Shown here piece by piece: positions 28,395-38,247 of a stretch of DNA of 64,000 bases. Position 1 is the stretch's first letter, and each line of letters opens with the position of its first letter. Where the stretch lies: positions 24,956 to 88,955 of the forward strand of contig CAZAYP010000004.1 in the NCBI GenBank assembly GCA_964489425.1. Reading direction: 5' to 3'. The DNA comes from an uncultured Verrucomicrobiota bacterium. Its GTDB lineage: Bacteria > Verrucomicrobiota > Kiritimatiellia > RZYC01 > CAZAYP01. The translations under genes were made by a program, and so were the position numbers. Below the pieces are notes generated by a model that was not told the DNA's origin, searched no databases, and saw only the letters and a list, made by a program, of their open reading frames with translations.

Positions 28395-29246
28395 ATGTGG
28401 GATTATACGGATAAGGTCCGCGACCATTTTCTGAACCCGCGCAACGTGGGCGCCATGGACCATGCCGACGGGGTCGGCGAGGAAGGGTCCATGGCTTGCG
28501 GCGACGCGCTCAAGCTGATGTTCCGGGTGGATGACCAGGGACGCATCGCGGACGTCAAGTTCCAGACCTTCGGCTGCGCCAGCGCCATTGCCTCGGCCTC
28601 GGCGCTCACCGAGATGGTCAAGGGCAAAACCCTGGCCGAGGCGGAAAAGGTCACCAACCGTGACATCGCCGCCTATCTCGGCGGGCTGCCGGCGCAGAAA
28701 ATGCACTGCTCCGTGCTGGGCCAGGAAGCCCTGGCCGCGGCGATCCGCAACTACCGCCAGAAAACCGGGCAGACGCCCCCGCCCCCGCCGGCGCCGGAAG
28801 ACCGCATCGTCTGCAACTGCTTCGGCGTGACGGAAAAGGAAATCCGCCGCGTGGCCCGCGAGAACAACCTGAAAACCGTGGACGACGTGACCCATTACAC
28901 CAAGGCCGGCGGCGGCTGCGGGTCATGCCGCGACGACATCCAGGCCATCCTCAACGACCTGCTCGGCGCCCAGCCCGCGCCCATCAAGCCGCCCAAACCG
29001 CGCTTGACCACCCTGGAAAAGATCAAGCGGATCGAGGAAACCCTGGCCCAGGAAATCCGCCCCGCCCTGCAGCAGGATGGCGGCGACATCAAGCTCGTGG
29101 ACGTGGACGGCAACCGGGTGCTGATCTCGTTCCTGGCCGCGTGCGCCGGGTGCCCGGTGGCGGCCTTCACCAAGAAAGAGATCGTGGAAGCCAAGCTGCG
29201 CGAGTTCGTGTCCGACGACCTGGTGGTGGAAGAGGTGAAGCCATGA
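28395..29246 (+). CDS. nifU: Three-domain NifU Fe-S cluster scaffold (IscU-like N domain, central ferredoxin-like domain, C-terminal Nfu domain)
   Basis: N domain GSMACGDALKL...FGCASAIASASALTEM. Central domain CNCFGVTE...GGGCGSCR. C-terminal CAGCP motif. AGGAGG RBS upstream. Confidence 0.9.
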   Translation: MWDYTDKVRDHFLNPRNVGAMDHADGVGEEGSMACGDALKLMFRVDDQGRIADVKFQTFGCASAIASASALTEMVKGKTLAEAEKVTNRDIAAYLGGLPAQKMHCSVLGQEALAAAIRNYRQKTGQTPPPPPAPEDRIVCNCFGVTEKEIRRVARENNLKTVDDVTHYTKAGGGCGSCRDDIQAILNDLLGAQPAPIKPPKPRLTTLEKIKRIEETLAQEIRPALQQDGGDIKLVDVDGNRVLISFLAACAGCPVAAFTKKEIVEAKLREFVSDDLVVEEVKP

Positions 29247-30400
29247 AGGTCATCTACCTGGACAACAACGCCACGACGCAGGTGGCGCCTGAAGTCATCG
29301 AGGCCATGCTCCCGTTTTTCCGCGATTACTGGGGCAACCCCTCGAGCATGCACACGTTCGGCGGGCAGGTTAAAAAGCACGTGGAGCGCGCCCGGGACCA
29401 GGTGGCAGCGCTGATCGGCGCGGACCCCGCGGAGATCATTTTCACCAGCTGCGGATCGGAGAGCGACAACATGGCCATCCGCGGCGTGGTGGACACGCTC
29501 GGCGGGCGCACCCACCTGGTCACCACCTGCGTCGAGCACCCCGCGGTCCTGTCCGTGTGCCATTACCTCGAAACCATGGGCTGCCGCCTGACCGTGCTGC
29601 CGGTGGACGCGGGCGGCCACCTGGACATGGACCAGCTCCGCGCCGCCCTGGCGCGCGACACGTCGCTGGTCAGCATCATGTGGGCCAACAACGAGACCGG
29701 CGTGATTTTCCCCATCGACCAGATCGCGCCGCTGGTGAAGAACGCGGGCAAGATCATGCACACCGACGCCGTGCAGGTGGTGGGCAAGCTGCCGGTGGAC
29801 GTGCGCCGCACGCCGGTGGACATGCTGGCGCTCTCGGGGCACAAGCTGCACGCGCCCAAGGGCGTCGGCGCCCTGTACATCCGGCGCGGCACGCGGGTCA
29901 ACCCGCTGATTGTCGGCGGCCACCAGGAAGGCGGCAAGCGCGCCGGCACGGAAAACGTGCCTTACATTGTCGGCCTGGGCGTGGCCTGCGAATTGGCCCA
30001 GCGCCACCTGGCCGAGGAGCAGACCCGCGTGGCGGCCTTGCGCGACCGGCTCGAGGCGGGCGTTCTGGCCTCCTGCAAGGATGTGCGCGTCAACGGCGAC
30101 CCGCGCGCGCGGCTGCCCAACACCACCAACGTCAGCTTCGAGTTCATCGAGGGCGAGGCCATCCTGCTGCTGCTCGACCAGTTTGGGATCGCGGCGTCGT
30201 CCGGATCAGCCTGCACGTCCGGCTCGCTGGAGCCGTCGCATGTCATCCGCGCCATGGGCGTGCCGTTCACGGCCGCGCACGGGTCCATCCGCTTCAGCTT
30301 GAGCCGCTACAATACGGACGCCGAGATCGACCACACCCTGAAGCATCTGCCGGGCGTGATCGAAACGCTGCGGAAGATCTCGCCGTTCGTGGCGGCGTAG
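29243..30400 (+). CDS. nifS: Cysteine desulfurase NifS (class I)
   Basis: MKVIYLDNNATT..., PLP-lysine region SGHKLHAPKGVGALY, active-site SSGSACTS. 4-nt overlap with nifU. Confidence 0.9.
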   Translation: MKVIYLDNNATTQVAPEVIEAMLPFFRDYWGNPSSMHTFGGQVKKHVERARDQVAALIGADPAEIIFTSCGSESDNMAIRGVVDTLGGRTHLVTTCVEHPAVLSVCHYLETMGCRLTVLPVDAGGHLDMDQLRAALARDTSLVSIMWANNETGVIFPIDQIAPLVKNAGKIMHTDAVQVVGKLPVDVRRTPVDMLALSGHKLHAPKGVGALYIRRGTRVNPLIVGGHQEGGKRAGTENVPYIVGLGVACELAQRHLAEEQTRVAALRDRLEAGVLASCKDVRVNGDPRARLPNTTNVSFEFIEGEAILLLLDQFGIAASSGSACTSGSLEPSHVIRAMGVPFTAAHGSIRFSLSRYNTDAEIDHTLKHLPGVIETLRKISPFVAA

Positions 30401-30594
30401 CTGCGCAAGCAGGGATGCGCCATGCGTGGCGCGGGGCGCCTGTCCCGTGCGCACGCAGAAGACTCTCGCAGCAGGACCAAGGCCACGGCCCGGGAGGGCC
30501 GTGCCACGGTCAGGCGCAGAGGCACGGTCAGCCGAACACCCGCGGGCCGACAGGTCATCTACAATGCAACGCGGATCGCGGCTGACGGCGCCGG

Positions 30595-33500
30595 CTACTT
30601 GGCCGGGACCAGTTCCCGTTCGCGGACCCGGAAGAACATGGCCGGCACCGCTTCGTCCACCAGGATCGTCAGGGACATGGGCCCATCCTGGCCTTGGATG
30701 TACTGGGCGTCGGGATGCACGCGCCACGGTCCGGTCACGGCTTCGGCCACATGAATGGAGAACTCCTTGCCTGCGCTGCCATCCCAGCTGACCGTGATGC
30801 CCACGGTTCCTTCCGCCCCGACCTGGCCCTTGGGTAACGCCGCGCTATCGCGGGCCCCGATGCCCAGGCCCGTGATGACCGGCGACGCCAAACGGGACTC
30901 GGGCGCCAGCACCACCAAGTTGACCGCCGGGCTCCAGTAGCTCAGGTTGGTGGTCGCCATATCCCAGACCCGCACCCGGATGGACACGTCGTTGTACCAC
31001 GTGTTGGTGACCACGGCATTGGTCAACCCGTCCTCCGTGACCCAGTCATAGCCGGGCACCGTGATGTCCTTGCTTTGGTACTCAAAGACGTAGGGCCCCG
31101 TGCCGCCAACCGGGGTCGCGGTGACGACCACGGGGTTGCCAAACGAGACCTGGTTGGTGTTGAGCGCCAGCGAAACACTCACCGGAGGATCCAGCACGCT
31201 GAGCACGGCGACCGCACTCCACTCGCTGATCACGCTGTTGGCATCGATCACCCGGGCGCGATACTCCACGCCCGACAACCATTGATTGGTCGTAACCGCA
31301 CTGACAATCGGCGAAGAACTCCAGGCGACCGCGCCCGTGGCGCGCGTCTCGAATTGGAACACGTAAGGCTCGACCGTATTGGAGACGGTTGCGCTCAACA
31401 CGCTGCTGGCGCCATACACAACCTGGGTTGGGCTGAACGCCAGGCTTACCGCAGGCTGGAGCACGGTCAGGGTTGCGGCCGCCCAGGCGCTGGTCGCGTT
31501 GAAACTGTCCACCACGCGCACGCGGTATTCCAGGTTCGAGCGCCACGCATACGTCGTCACCGGCGATGTGACGCCCGCCACTACCCAGCTGCCCGCGCCG
31601 CCCCAACGATATTCATAGCTGTACCGGTACGGAGCCGTGCCGTTCGTGGCCGTGGCGGTCATCACAGAATTCGACCCGCGGATGACCGTGGTCGGATTGA
31701 ACTCCAGCGTGGCCGAAATCGCCGAGGGCATCACGGTCAACGTGGCCGCGGCGCTCCAATCGCTGGTGATGGTGTTCGCGTCCACGCTGCGGGCCCGGTA
31801 CTGCACCGTGGCCGGCCACACGTTCGTGAGGGCATCGCCGGACCCAACCACGTTGGTCCACCCGGTCAGCAGGTTGGTCGTCAGATTCTGCTGCCACTGG
31901 AAGGTCACCGGCAGGGTCACGTTCGTGGCCAGGGCGCTCACCACGCTGGACTGGCTTTGGGTTATCACGCTGGGAGCGAAAGCCACCGACACCGCCGGCT
32001 GCAGCACCGTCAACGTAGCCGCGGCCCACGCGCTGGTCGCATTGAAGCTGTCCACGGCCCGCACCCGGTATTCCAAGTTCGAGTACCATGCGTAGGTCGT
32101 CACCGCCGAGGTGATACTCGCCGAGTTCCAAGTGCCGGTGCCGCCCCAACGGTACTGATAGCTGTACCGGTATGGCGCGGTGCCGCTCGTGGCTGACGCC
32201 GTCATCACCGTGTTGGATCCCCGGATGATCGTGGTTGGGTTGAACTCCAGGCTGGCCGCAATCTCCGAAGGCAGCACGGTCAGGGTCGCGGCATCGCTCC
32301 AGCCGCTCGTCAGGCTGTTGGCGTCCACGCTGCGCGCGCGGTACTGGATCGTGGCCGGCCAGACGTTGGTGATGGCCGACCCACTGTCGGCCACGTTGGC
32401 CCACCCGCTCCCCGAGTTCTGCTGCCACTCGAAGGTCACCGGCTCGATCGTGTTCGTCGCGGTCGCGCTGACCACGCTGGACCGGCTCTGCGCCACCGAG
32501 GCCGGGCTGAACGCCACGGTCACCGACGGTTGCCGGACCACGAGCGCGGCCGTGGCCCACGCGCTAGCGCCGAAACTGTCCATGACCTGTACACGGTACT
32601 CCACGTTGGACGCCCAGGCGTTCGTGGTCACCGCGGCAGTCATGCCGGCCGCCTCGGTCCAGCCTTCCGAGTCATAACGGTACTCGTAGCTGAAGGTGTA
32701 GGGCGCCATGCCGTTGGTGGCCGTCGCCGTCAGCACGCAGTTTGAACCCCGGTTGACACTCAGCGGGTTGAAGGTGAGCGTGGCGGAAATCGCCGACGGC
32801 AAGATCGTCAGGTTGGCGGCCGCGCTCCACTCGCTGGTCACGCTGTTGGCGTCAATCGTGCGCGCCCGGCACGCCACGTTGGTGGGCCAGATGTTGGTGA
32901 TGGTGGACCCGCTGCCGCTGACATCGGTCCACCCGGGCCCGTAGTTCTGCTGCCACTCGTAGTTCACGGGCAGGGTCGCGTTGGTCACCACCGCGCTGGC
33001 CACGCTCGAGTAGCACTGGGTCACCGCGACCGGGCTGAACGAGACCGTCACCAGCGGCTGGCGCACCATCACCCCGACCGAGCTCCAGGCGCTGGTGGCG
33101 TTGAAGGTGTCCACCGCCTGCACGCGCAACTCCACGTTGGACGTCCAGGCGTTGGTGTTGATCTGCCCGCCCATCCACGCCGCCGTGGCCCACTCGCCGC
33201 CCTCGTGGCGGTACTCGTAATTGTAGGTGTAAGGCGCCATGCCGTTGGTGGCCGAGGCGGTCGAGACGCTGTTGGAGGTTCCCCGGACATAGTTGGTGGG
33301 GTTGCGGGTCAGGGCCACGGAGATGATCGACGGCATGACCGTCAGGGTCGCGGCCGCGCTCCACTCGCTGGTGATGCTGTTGGCGTCAATCGTGCGCGCC
33401 CGGTAATCCACGGTGTTGGGCCAGAAGTTGGTGATCTGCCGGGCGCTGCTGGCCACGTTGCTCCAGCCGCCGCCGCTGTCCTCCTGCCACTCGTAGGTCG

Positions 33501-36500
33501 CCGGCAAGGTGGCGTTGGTCAGCACCGCGCTGACTACGCTGACCCGACTCTGGGTCACCACCGACGGGCTGAACGAGACCGTCACCAACGGCTGGCGTAC
33601 CATCACGCCCACCGCGGTCCAGGCGCTGGTCGCGTTGAAGGTGTCCACCGCCTGCACGCGCAGCTCCACGTTGGACGTCCAGGCGTTGGTGTTGATCTGC
33701 CCGCTCATCCATGGCGCCGAGGTCCAGGATCCGCCCTCGTAGCGGTACTCGTAACTGTAGGTATAAGGCGCCATGCCGTTGGTGGCCGAGGCCGTCGAGA
33801 CACTGTTGGAAGCCCCGCGGATGTAGTTGGTGGGATTGCGGGTCAGGGCCACGGAGATGATCGACGGCATGACCGTCAGGGTCGCGGCCGCGCTCCACTC
33901 GCTGGTGATGCTGTTGGCGTCAATCGTGCGCGCCCGGTAATCCACGGTGTTGGGCCAGAAGTTGGTGATCTGCCGGGCGCTGCTGGCCACGTTGCTCCAG
34001 CCGCCGCCGCTGTCCTCCTGCCACTCGTAGGTCACCGGCGCGGTGGTGTTGGTCGCGTTCGCGCTGACCACGCTGACCCGGCTCTGGGTCACCACCGACG
34101 GGCTGAACGAGACCGTCAGCACGGGCTGGCGTGTGACCGTGGACGCCACGGTCCAGGCGCTGGTGGCGTTGAAACTGTCGACCACCTTCACCCGCAGCAT
34201 TACGTTGGAGAGCCAGGCGTTGGTGTGGATCCGGTCGTTCATCCCCGCCGCCGATGTCCAGGTATCGGTCCCATAGGTGTACTCGTAGTTGTAGGTGTAT
34301 GGCGCCATGCCTTTCGAGGCGGTGGCGGTCGAAATGCAGCTCACCCCGCGGACCGTGCTGGTGGAACTGAAAGCCAGGGCCACGGAGATGACCGAGGGCA
34401 TGACCGGCAGGGTCGCCACGGCGCTCCACTCGCTGGTGATGCTGTTGGCATCAATCGTGCGCGCCCGGTAGTCCACAGTGTTGGGCCAGAAGTTGGTGAT
34501 CTGCCGGGCGCTGCTGGCCACGTTGCTCCACCCGCCGCCGCTGTTCTCCTGCCACACGTAGGTCACAGGCAGGGAGGCATTGGTCACCACCGCGCTTGCC
34601 ACGCTGACCTGGCTCTGGGTCACGATCGATGGGCTGAAGGTGACCGTCACCAGCGGCTGGCGCACCTGCACGCCCACCGCGGTCCAGGCGCTGGTGGCGT
34701 TGAAGCTGTCCACCGCCTGCACGCGCAGTTCCACGTTGGACGGCCATGCGTTGGTGATGACCTGCCCGCTCATCCACGCCGCCGGGCTCCAAGATCCGCC
34801 CTCGTAGCGGTACTCGTAACTGTAGTTAAAAGGCGCCATGCCGTTGGTGGCCGAGGCGGTCGAGACGCTGTTGGAGGTTCCCCGGACATAGTTGGTGGGG
34901 TTGCGGGTCAGGGCCACGGAGATGATCGACGGCATGACCGTCAGGGTCGCGGCCGCGCTCCACTCGCTGGTGATGCTGTTGCCATCCACGGTGCGCGCCC
35001 GGTAATCTACTGAAGCCGGCCAGAAGTTGGTGATCTGCCGGCCGCTGTCCACCACGTTGGTCCAGCCGCCGCCCTCGTCCTTCTGCCACTCATACGTCAA
35101 CGGCGCCGTGGTATTTGACACCACCGCGCTGAGCACGCTGACCCGGCTCTGGGTCACCACCGACGGGCTGAACGCCACGATCACCCGCGGCTGGCGGATG
35201 CCCAGGGACGCCACGGTCCAGGCGCTGGTCGCGTTGAAACTGTCCACCACCTGTACGCGCAGTTCCGTGTTGGAGGCCCAGGCGTTGGTATGCACCCGGT
35301 CGGACATCCACGACGCCGAGGTCCAGGTGTCGGTTCCGTAACGATACGCATAACTGTAAGAATACGGCGCCATGCCGCTGCTGGCGGTGGCGGTCGAGAC
35401 GCTGTTGGAACCCCGCATCGTGTTGGTGGGGCTGAACACCAGGGCCACCGCAATCGCCGACGGCATAACGGTCAGCGTCGATGCGGCGCTCCATTCGCTG
35501 GTCACGTTGTTGGCGTCCACGCTGCGCGCCCGGTAGTCCACGGTGTTGGGCCAGAAATTGGTGATTTGCCGGGCGCTGCTGGCCACGTTGCTCCACCCGC
35601 CGCCGCTGTTCTCCTGCCACACGTAGGTCACCGGCAGGCTGGCGTTGGACACCACCGCGCTGACCACGCTCACCTGACTCTGGGTCACCACCGCCGGGCT
35701 GAACGAGACCGTCACCGCGGGCTGGATCACCGCCACCGCGGCCGTGGCCCAGGCGCTGGTCGAGCTGAAACTGTCCACCACCTGCACGCGGAGATCAACG
35801 TTGGAAGGCCAGGCGTTGGTTTGCACCCTGCCGCTCATCCAGGACGCCGCGGTCCACTCGCCGGCCCCATAGCGGTATTGGTAAACATAGGTGTACGGTG
35901 CGGTTCCGTTGGTCGCGGTGGCGGTCGAGACGCTGTTGGAGCCCCGCAGCATGTTGGTGGGGCTCGCCACGAGGGTGGCCGCGATTTCCGAGGGCATCAC
36001 CATCAGGGTGGCAGCCGTGCTCCAGTCGCTCGTGACGCGGTTGGCGTCCAGGCTGCGCGCCCGATATTGCACCGTGGCCGCCCAGGCATTCGAATAGGTC
36101 GCAACGCCTATGCCGGGCACCGCGGTCCACCCGCTCAGGGGGTTGGTGGTCGTGTTTTGCTGCCACTCGTACACCACCGGGGCCGTGACGTTCGCCACGC
36201 TGGCGCTGACCACGCTGTACTGGCTCTGGGTCACCACCGTCGGGCTGAAGGCCACGGTCACTTCCGGTTGGCGCACGGCCAGGAAAGCCGTGGCCCAAGC
36301 GCTGGTCGAGTTAAAGCTGTCGGCCACCCGTACGCGGTATTCCATGTTGGACCACACCACGAGCGTGTTCACCGCCGAGGTACTGCTCGCCGCGATCCAG
36401 CTGCCTTCGCCGCCCCAGCGATACTCGTAGCTGTAACGATACGGCGCGGTCCCGTTCGTGGGCGACGCCGTCAGTGTGCTGGAGGCGCCCCGCACTATGC

Positions 36501-38247
36501 TGGTTGGATTAAACACCAGGCTGGCGGCAATCTCGGAAGGCATCACGGTCAGGGTCGCCGCCGCGCTCCAGTCGCTGGTGATGCTGTTGGCATCGATGGT
36601 CCGCGCCCGGTAATCCACCGTGGCGGGCCACACGTTGGTCAGCGCCGACCCGGTCCCAGCCACGCTTGTCCACCCACTGCCCGTGTTCTGTTGCCATTGG
36701 TAGGTCACGGGCAAGGTAGCATTCGACACCACCGCGCTCGCCACGCTGGACTGGCTCTGCGTCACGACCGACGGGCTGAACGCCACAGTTACCTCGGGTT
36801 GCCGAACGGTCAAGAACGCCATGGTCCAGGCGCTCGTCGCATTGAAACTGTCCGTTACCCGCACACGGTATTCCAAGTTGGAATACCAGGCATAGGTGGT
36901 CACCGCCGACGTCATGCTCGCCAAGCGCCACGTCCCCTCCCCGCCCCAGCGGTATTCATAGCGGTAGCGATACGGCGCCGTCCCGTTGGTGGGCACCGCG
37001 GTCATTGTGCTGGCCACCCCGCGCACCATGTTGCTGGGATTGAACGTCAGGGTCGCAGCGATCTCAGACGGCATCACCGTAAGCGTTGCCGCCGCGCTCC
37101 AGTCGCTCGTCACGCTGTTGGCGTCAATACTGCGCGCGCGTACGTCCACCGTGGATGCCCATGCGCTCGTGACGGCCGAGCCGCTGCCGGCTACCGTGGT
37201 CCATCCGCTGCCCGTATTCTGCTGCCACTGGAAGGCCACGGGCAAGGTGGCGTTGGAAACGGTCGCGCTGACCACGCTGAACTGGCTTTGGGTCACAACC
37301 TCCGGGCTGACCGCCACGGCCACCCCGGGTTGGCTCACTCTCAGGAACGCCGCTACCCACTGGCTGGTGGCCCCAAAAGTGTCGGTCACGCGCACCCGGT
37401 ATTCCAGATTAGACCACCAGGGATACGTCTTCACCGCCGTGGTAAAGCCCGCCGTGGTCCAGGTCCCGGTGCCATTCCATCGGTACGCATAACTGTACGT
37501 ATACGGCGGGGTTCCATTGGTCGCCACCGTGGTCAGCGAACTGGCCACCCCCCGCACCACGTTGCTCGGGATGAACTCCAGGGTCGCCGCGATCTCCGTG
37601 GGCAGCACGGTCAGGGTCGCCGCGGTGCTCCAACCGCTGGTCACGCTGTTCGCATCCACGCTGCGCGCACGCACATTCACCGTGACCGGCCACACGTTGG
37701 TGATATCCGACCCGCTCCCGACCACATTGGTCCACCCGACCGACGGGTTCGTCGTTGTGTTCTGTTGCCACTGGTAGGTCACCGGCAAGGTCACGTTCGT
37801 GGCCAGGGCGCTTGCCACGCTGGACTGGCCCTGCGTCACCACCGACGGGCTGAGCGTGACCGCCGCCCCCGGCTGGCGGACAATCAGGGTTGCCGCAGCG
37901 CTCCAGACGCTGGTCGCGCGGGCGCTGTCCACCACCCGCGCCCGGTATTGCCGGCTGGCTGGCCAGGCAAAGATATTGGTGGGACTGGTCATGCCGGAGG
38001 CGCCCCAGTTGGTTGCACCGGCGAGACGCGTCTGGTACTGGTACGTGTACGGAGCGGCGCCTCCGGACGGCACGGCAGTCAGCACCGTATTTGAACCGTT
38101 GATGATGATCAACGGATTGAAGCTAAGGGACACCGTTACGGCGGACACGGTGGTAGCCCACAGCGCAGATCCACAACACAGCGCCATGAGCACGGAGATG
38201 CTCCGTTGTGGACGCTTATTCACTGTGGAAACAATGTGCTTTTTCAT
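30595..38247 (-). CDS. Giant secreted repetitive protein. About 13 tandem copies of a roughly 178-aa unit made of two alternating roughly 90-aa beta-rich modules; probable surface adhesin or fibre.
   Basis: 2550 aa from the ATG at 38247, which has an AAGGAG RBS 8 nt upstream. Signal peptide present. See findings for the repeat consensus and the non-repetitive C-terminal domain. Confidence 0.85.
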   Translation of the reverse strand: MKKHIVSTVNKRPQRSISVLMALCCGSALWATTVSAVTVSLSFNPLIIINGSNTVLTAVPSGGAAPYTYQYQTRLAGATNWGASGMTSPTNIFAWPASRQYRARVVDSARATSVWSAAATLIVRQPGAAVTLSPSVVTQGQSSVASALATNVTLPVTYQWQQNTTTNPSVGWTNVVGSGSDITNVWPVTVNVRARSVDANSVTSGWSTAATLTVLPTEIAATLEFIPSNVVRGVASSLTTVATNGTPPYTYSYAYRWNGTGTWTTAGFTTAVKTYPWWSNLEYRVRVTDTFGATSQWVAAFLRVSQPGVAVAVSPEVVTQSQFSVVSATVSNATLPVAFQWQQNTGSGWTTVAGSGSAVTSAWASTVDVRARSIDANSVTSDWSAAATLTVMPSEIAATLTFNPSNMVRGVASTMTAVPTNGTAPYRYRYEYRWGGEGTWRLASMTSAVTTYAWYSNLEYRVRVTDSFNATSAWTMAFLTVRQPEVTVAFSPSVVTQSQSSVASAVVSNATLPVTYQWQQNTGSGWTSVAGTGSALTNVWPATVDYRARTIDANSITSDWSAAATLTVMPSEIAASLVFNPTSIVRGASSTLTASPTNGTAPYRYSYEYRWGGEGSWIAASSTSAVNTLVVWSNMEYRVRVADSFNSTSAWATAFLAVRQPEVTVAFSPTVVTQSQYSVVSASVANVTAPVVYEWQQNTTTNPLSGWTAVPGIGVATYSNAWAATVQYRARSLDANRVTSDWSTAATLMVMPSEIAATLVASPTNMLRGSNSVSTATATNGTAPYTYVYQYRYGAGEWTAASWMSGRVQTNAWPSNVDLRVQVVDSFSSTSAWATAAVAVIQPAVTVSFSPAVVTQSQVSVVSAVVSNASLPVTYVWQENSGGGWSNVASSARQITNFWPNTVDYRARSVDANNVTSEWSAASTLTVMPSAIAVALVFSPTNTMRGSNSVSTATASSGMAPYSYSYAYRYGTDTWTSASWMSDRVHTNAWASNTELRVQVVDSFNATSAWTVASLGIRQPRVIVAFSPSVVTQSRVSVLSAVVSNTTAPLTYEWQKDEGGGWTNVVDSGRQITNFWPASVDYRARTVDGNSITSEWSAAATLTVMPSIISVALTRNPTNYVRGTSNSVSTASATNGMAPFNYSYEYRYEGGSWSPAAWMSGQVITNAWPSNVELRVQAVDSFNATSAWTAVGVQVRQPLVTVTFSPSIVTQSQVSVASAVVTNASLPVTYVWQENSGGGWSNVASSARQITNFWPNTVDYRARTIDANSITSEWSAVATLPVMPSVISVALAFSSTSTVRGVSCISTATASKGMAPYTYNYEYTYGTDTWTSAAGMNDRIHTNAWLSNVMLRVKVVDSFNATSAWTVASTVTRQPVLTVSFSPSVVTQSRVSVVSANATNTTAPVTYEWQEDSGGGWSNVASSARQITNFWPNTVDYRARTIDANSITSEWSAAATLTVMPSIISVALTRNPTNYIRGASNSVSTASATNGMAPYTYSYEYRYEGGSWTSAPWMSGQINTNAWTSNVELRVQAVDTFNATSAWTAVGVMVRQPLVTVSFSPSVVTQSRVSVVSAVLTNATLPATYEWQEDSGGGWSNVASSARQITNFWPNTVDYRARTIDANSITSEWSAAATLTVMPSIISVALTRNPTNYVRGTSNSVSTASATNGMAPYTYNYEYRHEGGEWATAAWMGGQINTNAWTSNVELRVQAVDTFNATSAWSSVGVMVRQPLVTVSFSPVAVTQCYSSVASAVVTNATLPVNYEWQQNYGPGWTDVSGSGSTITNIWPTNVACRARTIDANSVTSEWSAAANLTILPSAISATLTFNPLSVNRGSNCVLTATATNGMAPYTFSYEYRYDSEGWTEAAGMTAAVTTNAWASNVEYRVQVMDSFGASAWATAALVVRQPSVTVAFSPASVAQSRSSVVSATATNTIEPVTFEWQQNSGSGWANVADSGSAITNVWPATIQYRARSVDANSLTSGWSDAATLTVLPSEIAASLEFNPTTIIRGSNTVMTASATSGTAPYRYSYQYRWGGTGTWNSASITSAVTTYAWYSNLEYRVRAVDSFNATSAWAAATLTVLQPAVSVAFAPSVITQSQSSVVSALATNVTLPVTFQWQQNLTTNLLTGWTNVVGSGDALTNVWPATVQYRARSVDANTITSDWSAAATLTVMPSAISATLEFNPTTVIRGSNSVMTATATNGTAPYRYSYEYRWGGAGSWVVAGVTSPVTTYAWRSNLEYRVRVVDSFNATSAWAAATLTVLQPAVSLAFSPTQVVYGASSVLSATVSNTVEPYVFQFETRATGAVAWSSSPIVSAVTTNQWLSGVEYRARVIDANSVISEWSAVAVLSVLDPPVSVSLALNTNQVSFGNPVVVTATPVGGTGPYVFEYQSKDITVPGYDWVTEDGLTNAVVTNTWYNDVSIRVRVWDMATTNLSYWSPAVNLVVLAPESRLASPVITGLGIGARDSAALPKGQVGAEGTVGITVSWDGSAGKEFSIHVAEAVTGPWRVHPDAQYIQGQDGPMSLTILVDEAVPAMFFRVRERELVPAK
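30900..38100 (-). repeat. Intragenic tandem repeat array with a period of about 534 bp; central copies near-identical
   Basis: Alternative-frame ORFs 32852..33364, 33386..33898 and 33920..34429 (each offset by exactly 534 bp) encode almost identical peptides. Copies 34451.. and 35090.. are slightly diverged. Confidence 0.8.

Noticed and set aside
33205-38094. Very long plus-strand ORFs (602 and 934 aa) and many repeated roughly 170-aa ORFs inside the giant repeat gene
   Set aside because: These are antisense or off-frame shadows that repeat only because the underlying DNA is tandemly repeated. They are G/R/P/H-rich with no start context. They were useful only as a ruler for the 534-bp period.
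30900-38100. Possible CRISPR array, because of regular repeats
   Set aside because: The repeats are 534 bp with no short spacers, and they lie inside one continuous coding frame. They are protein-domain tandem repeats, not CRISPR.
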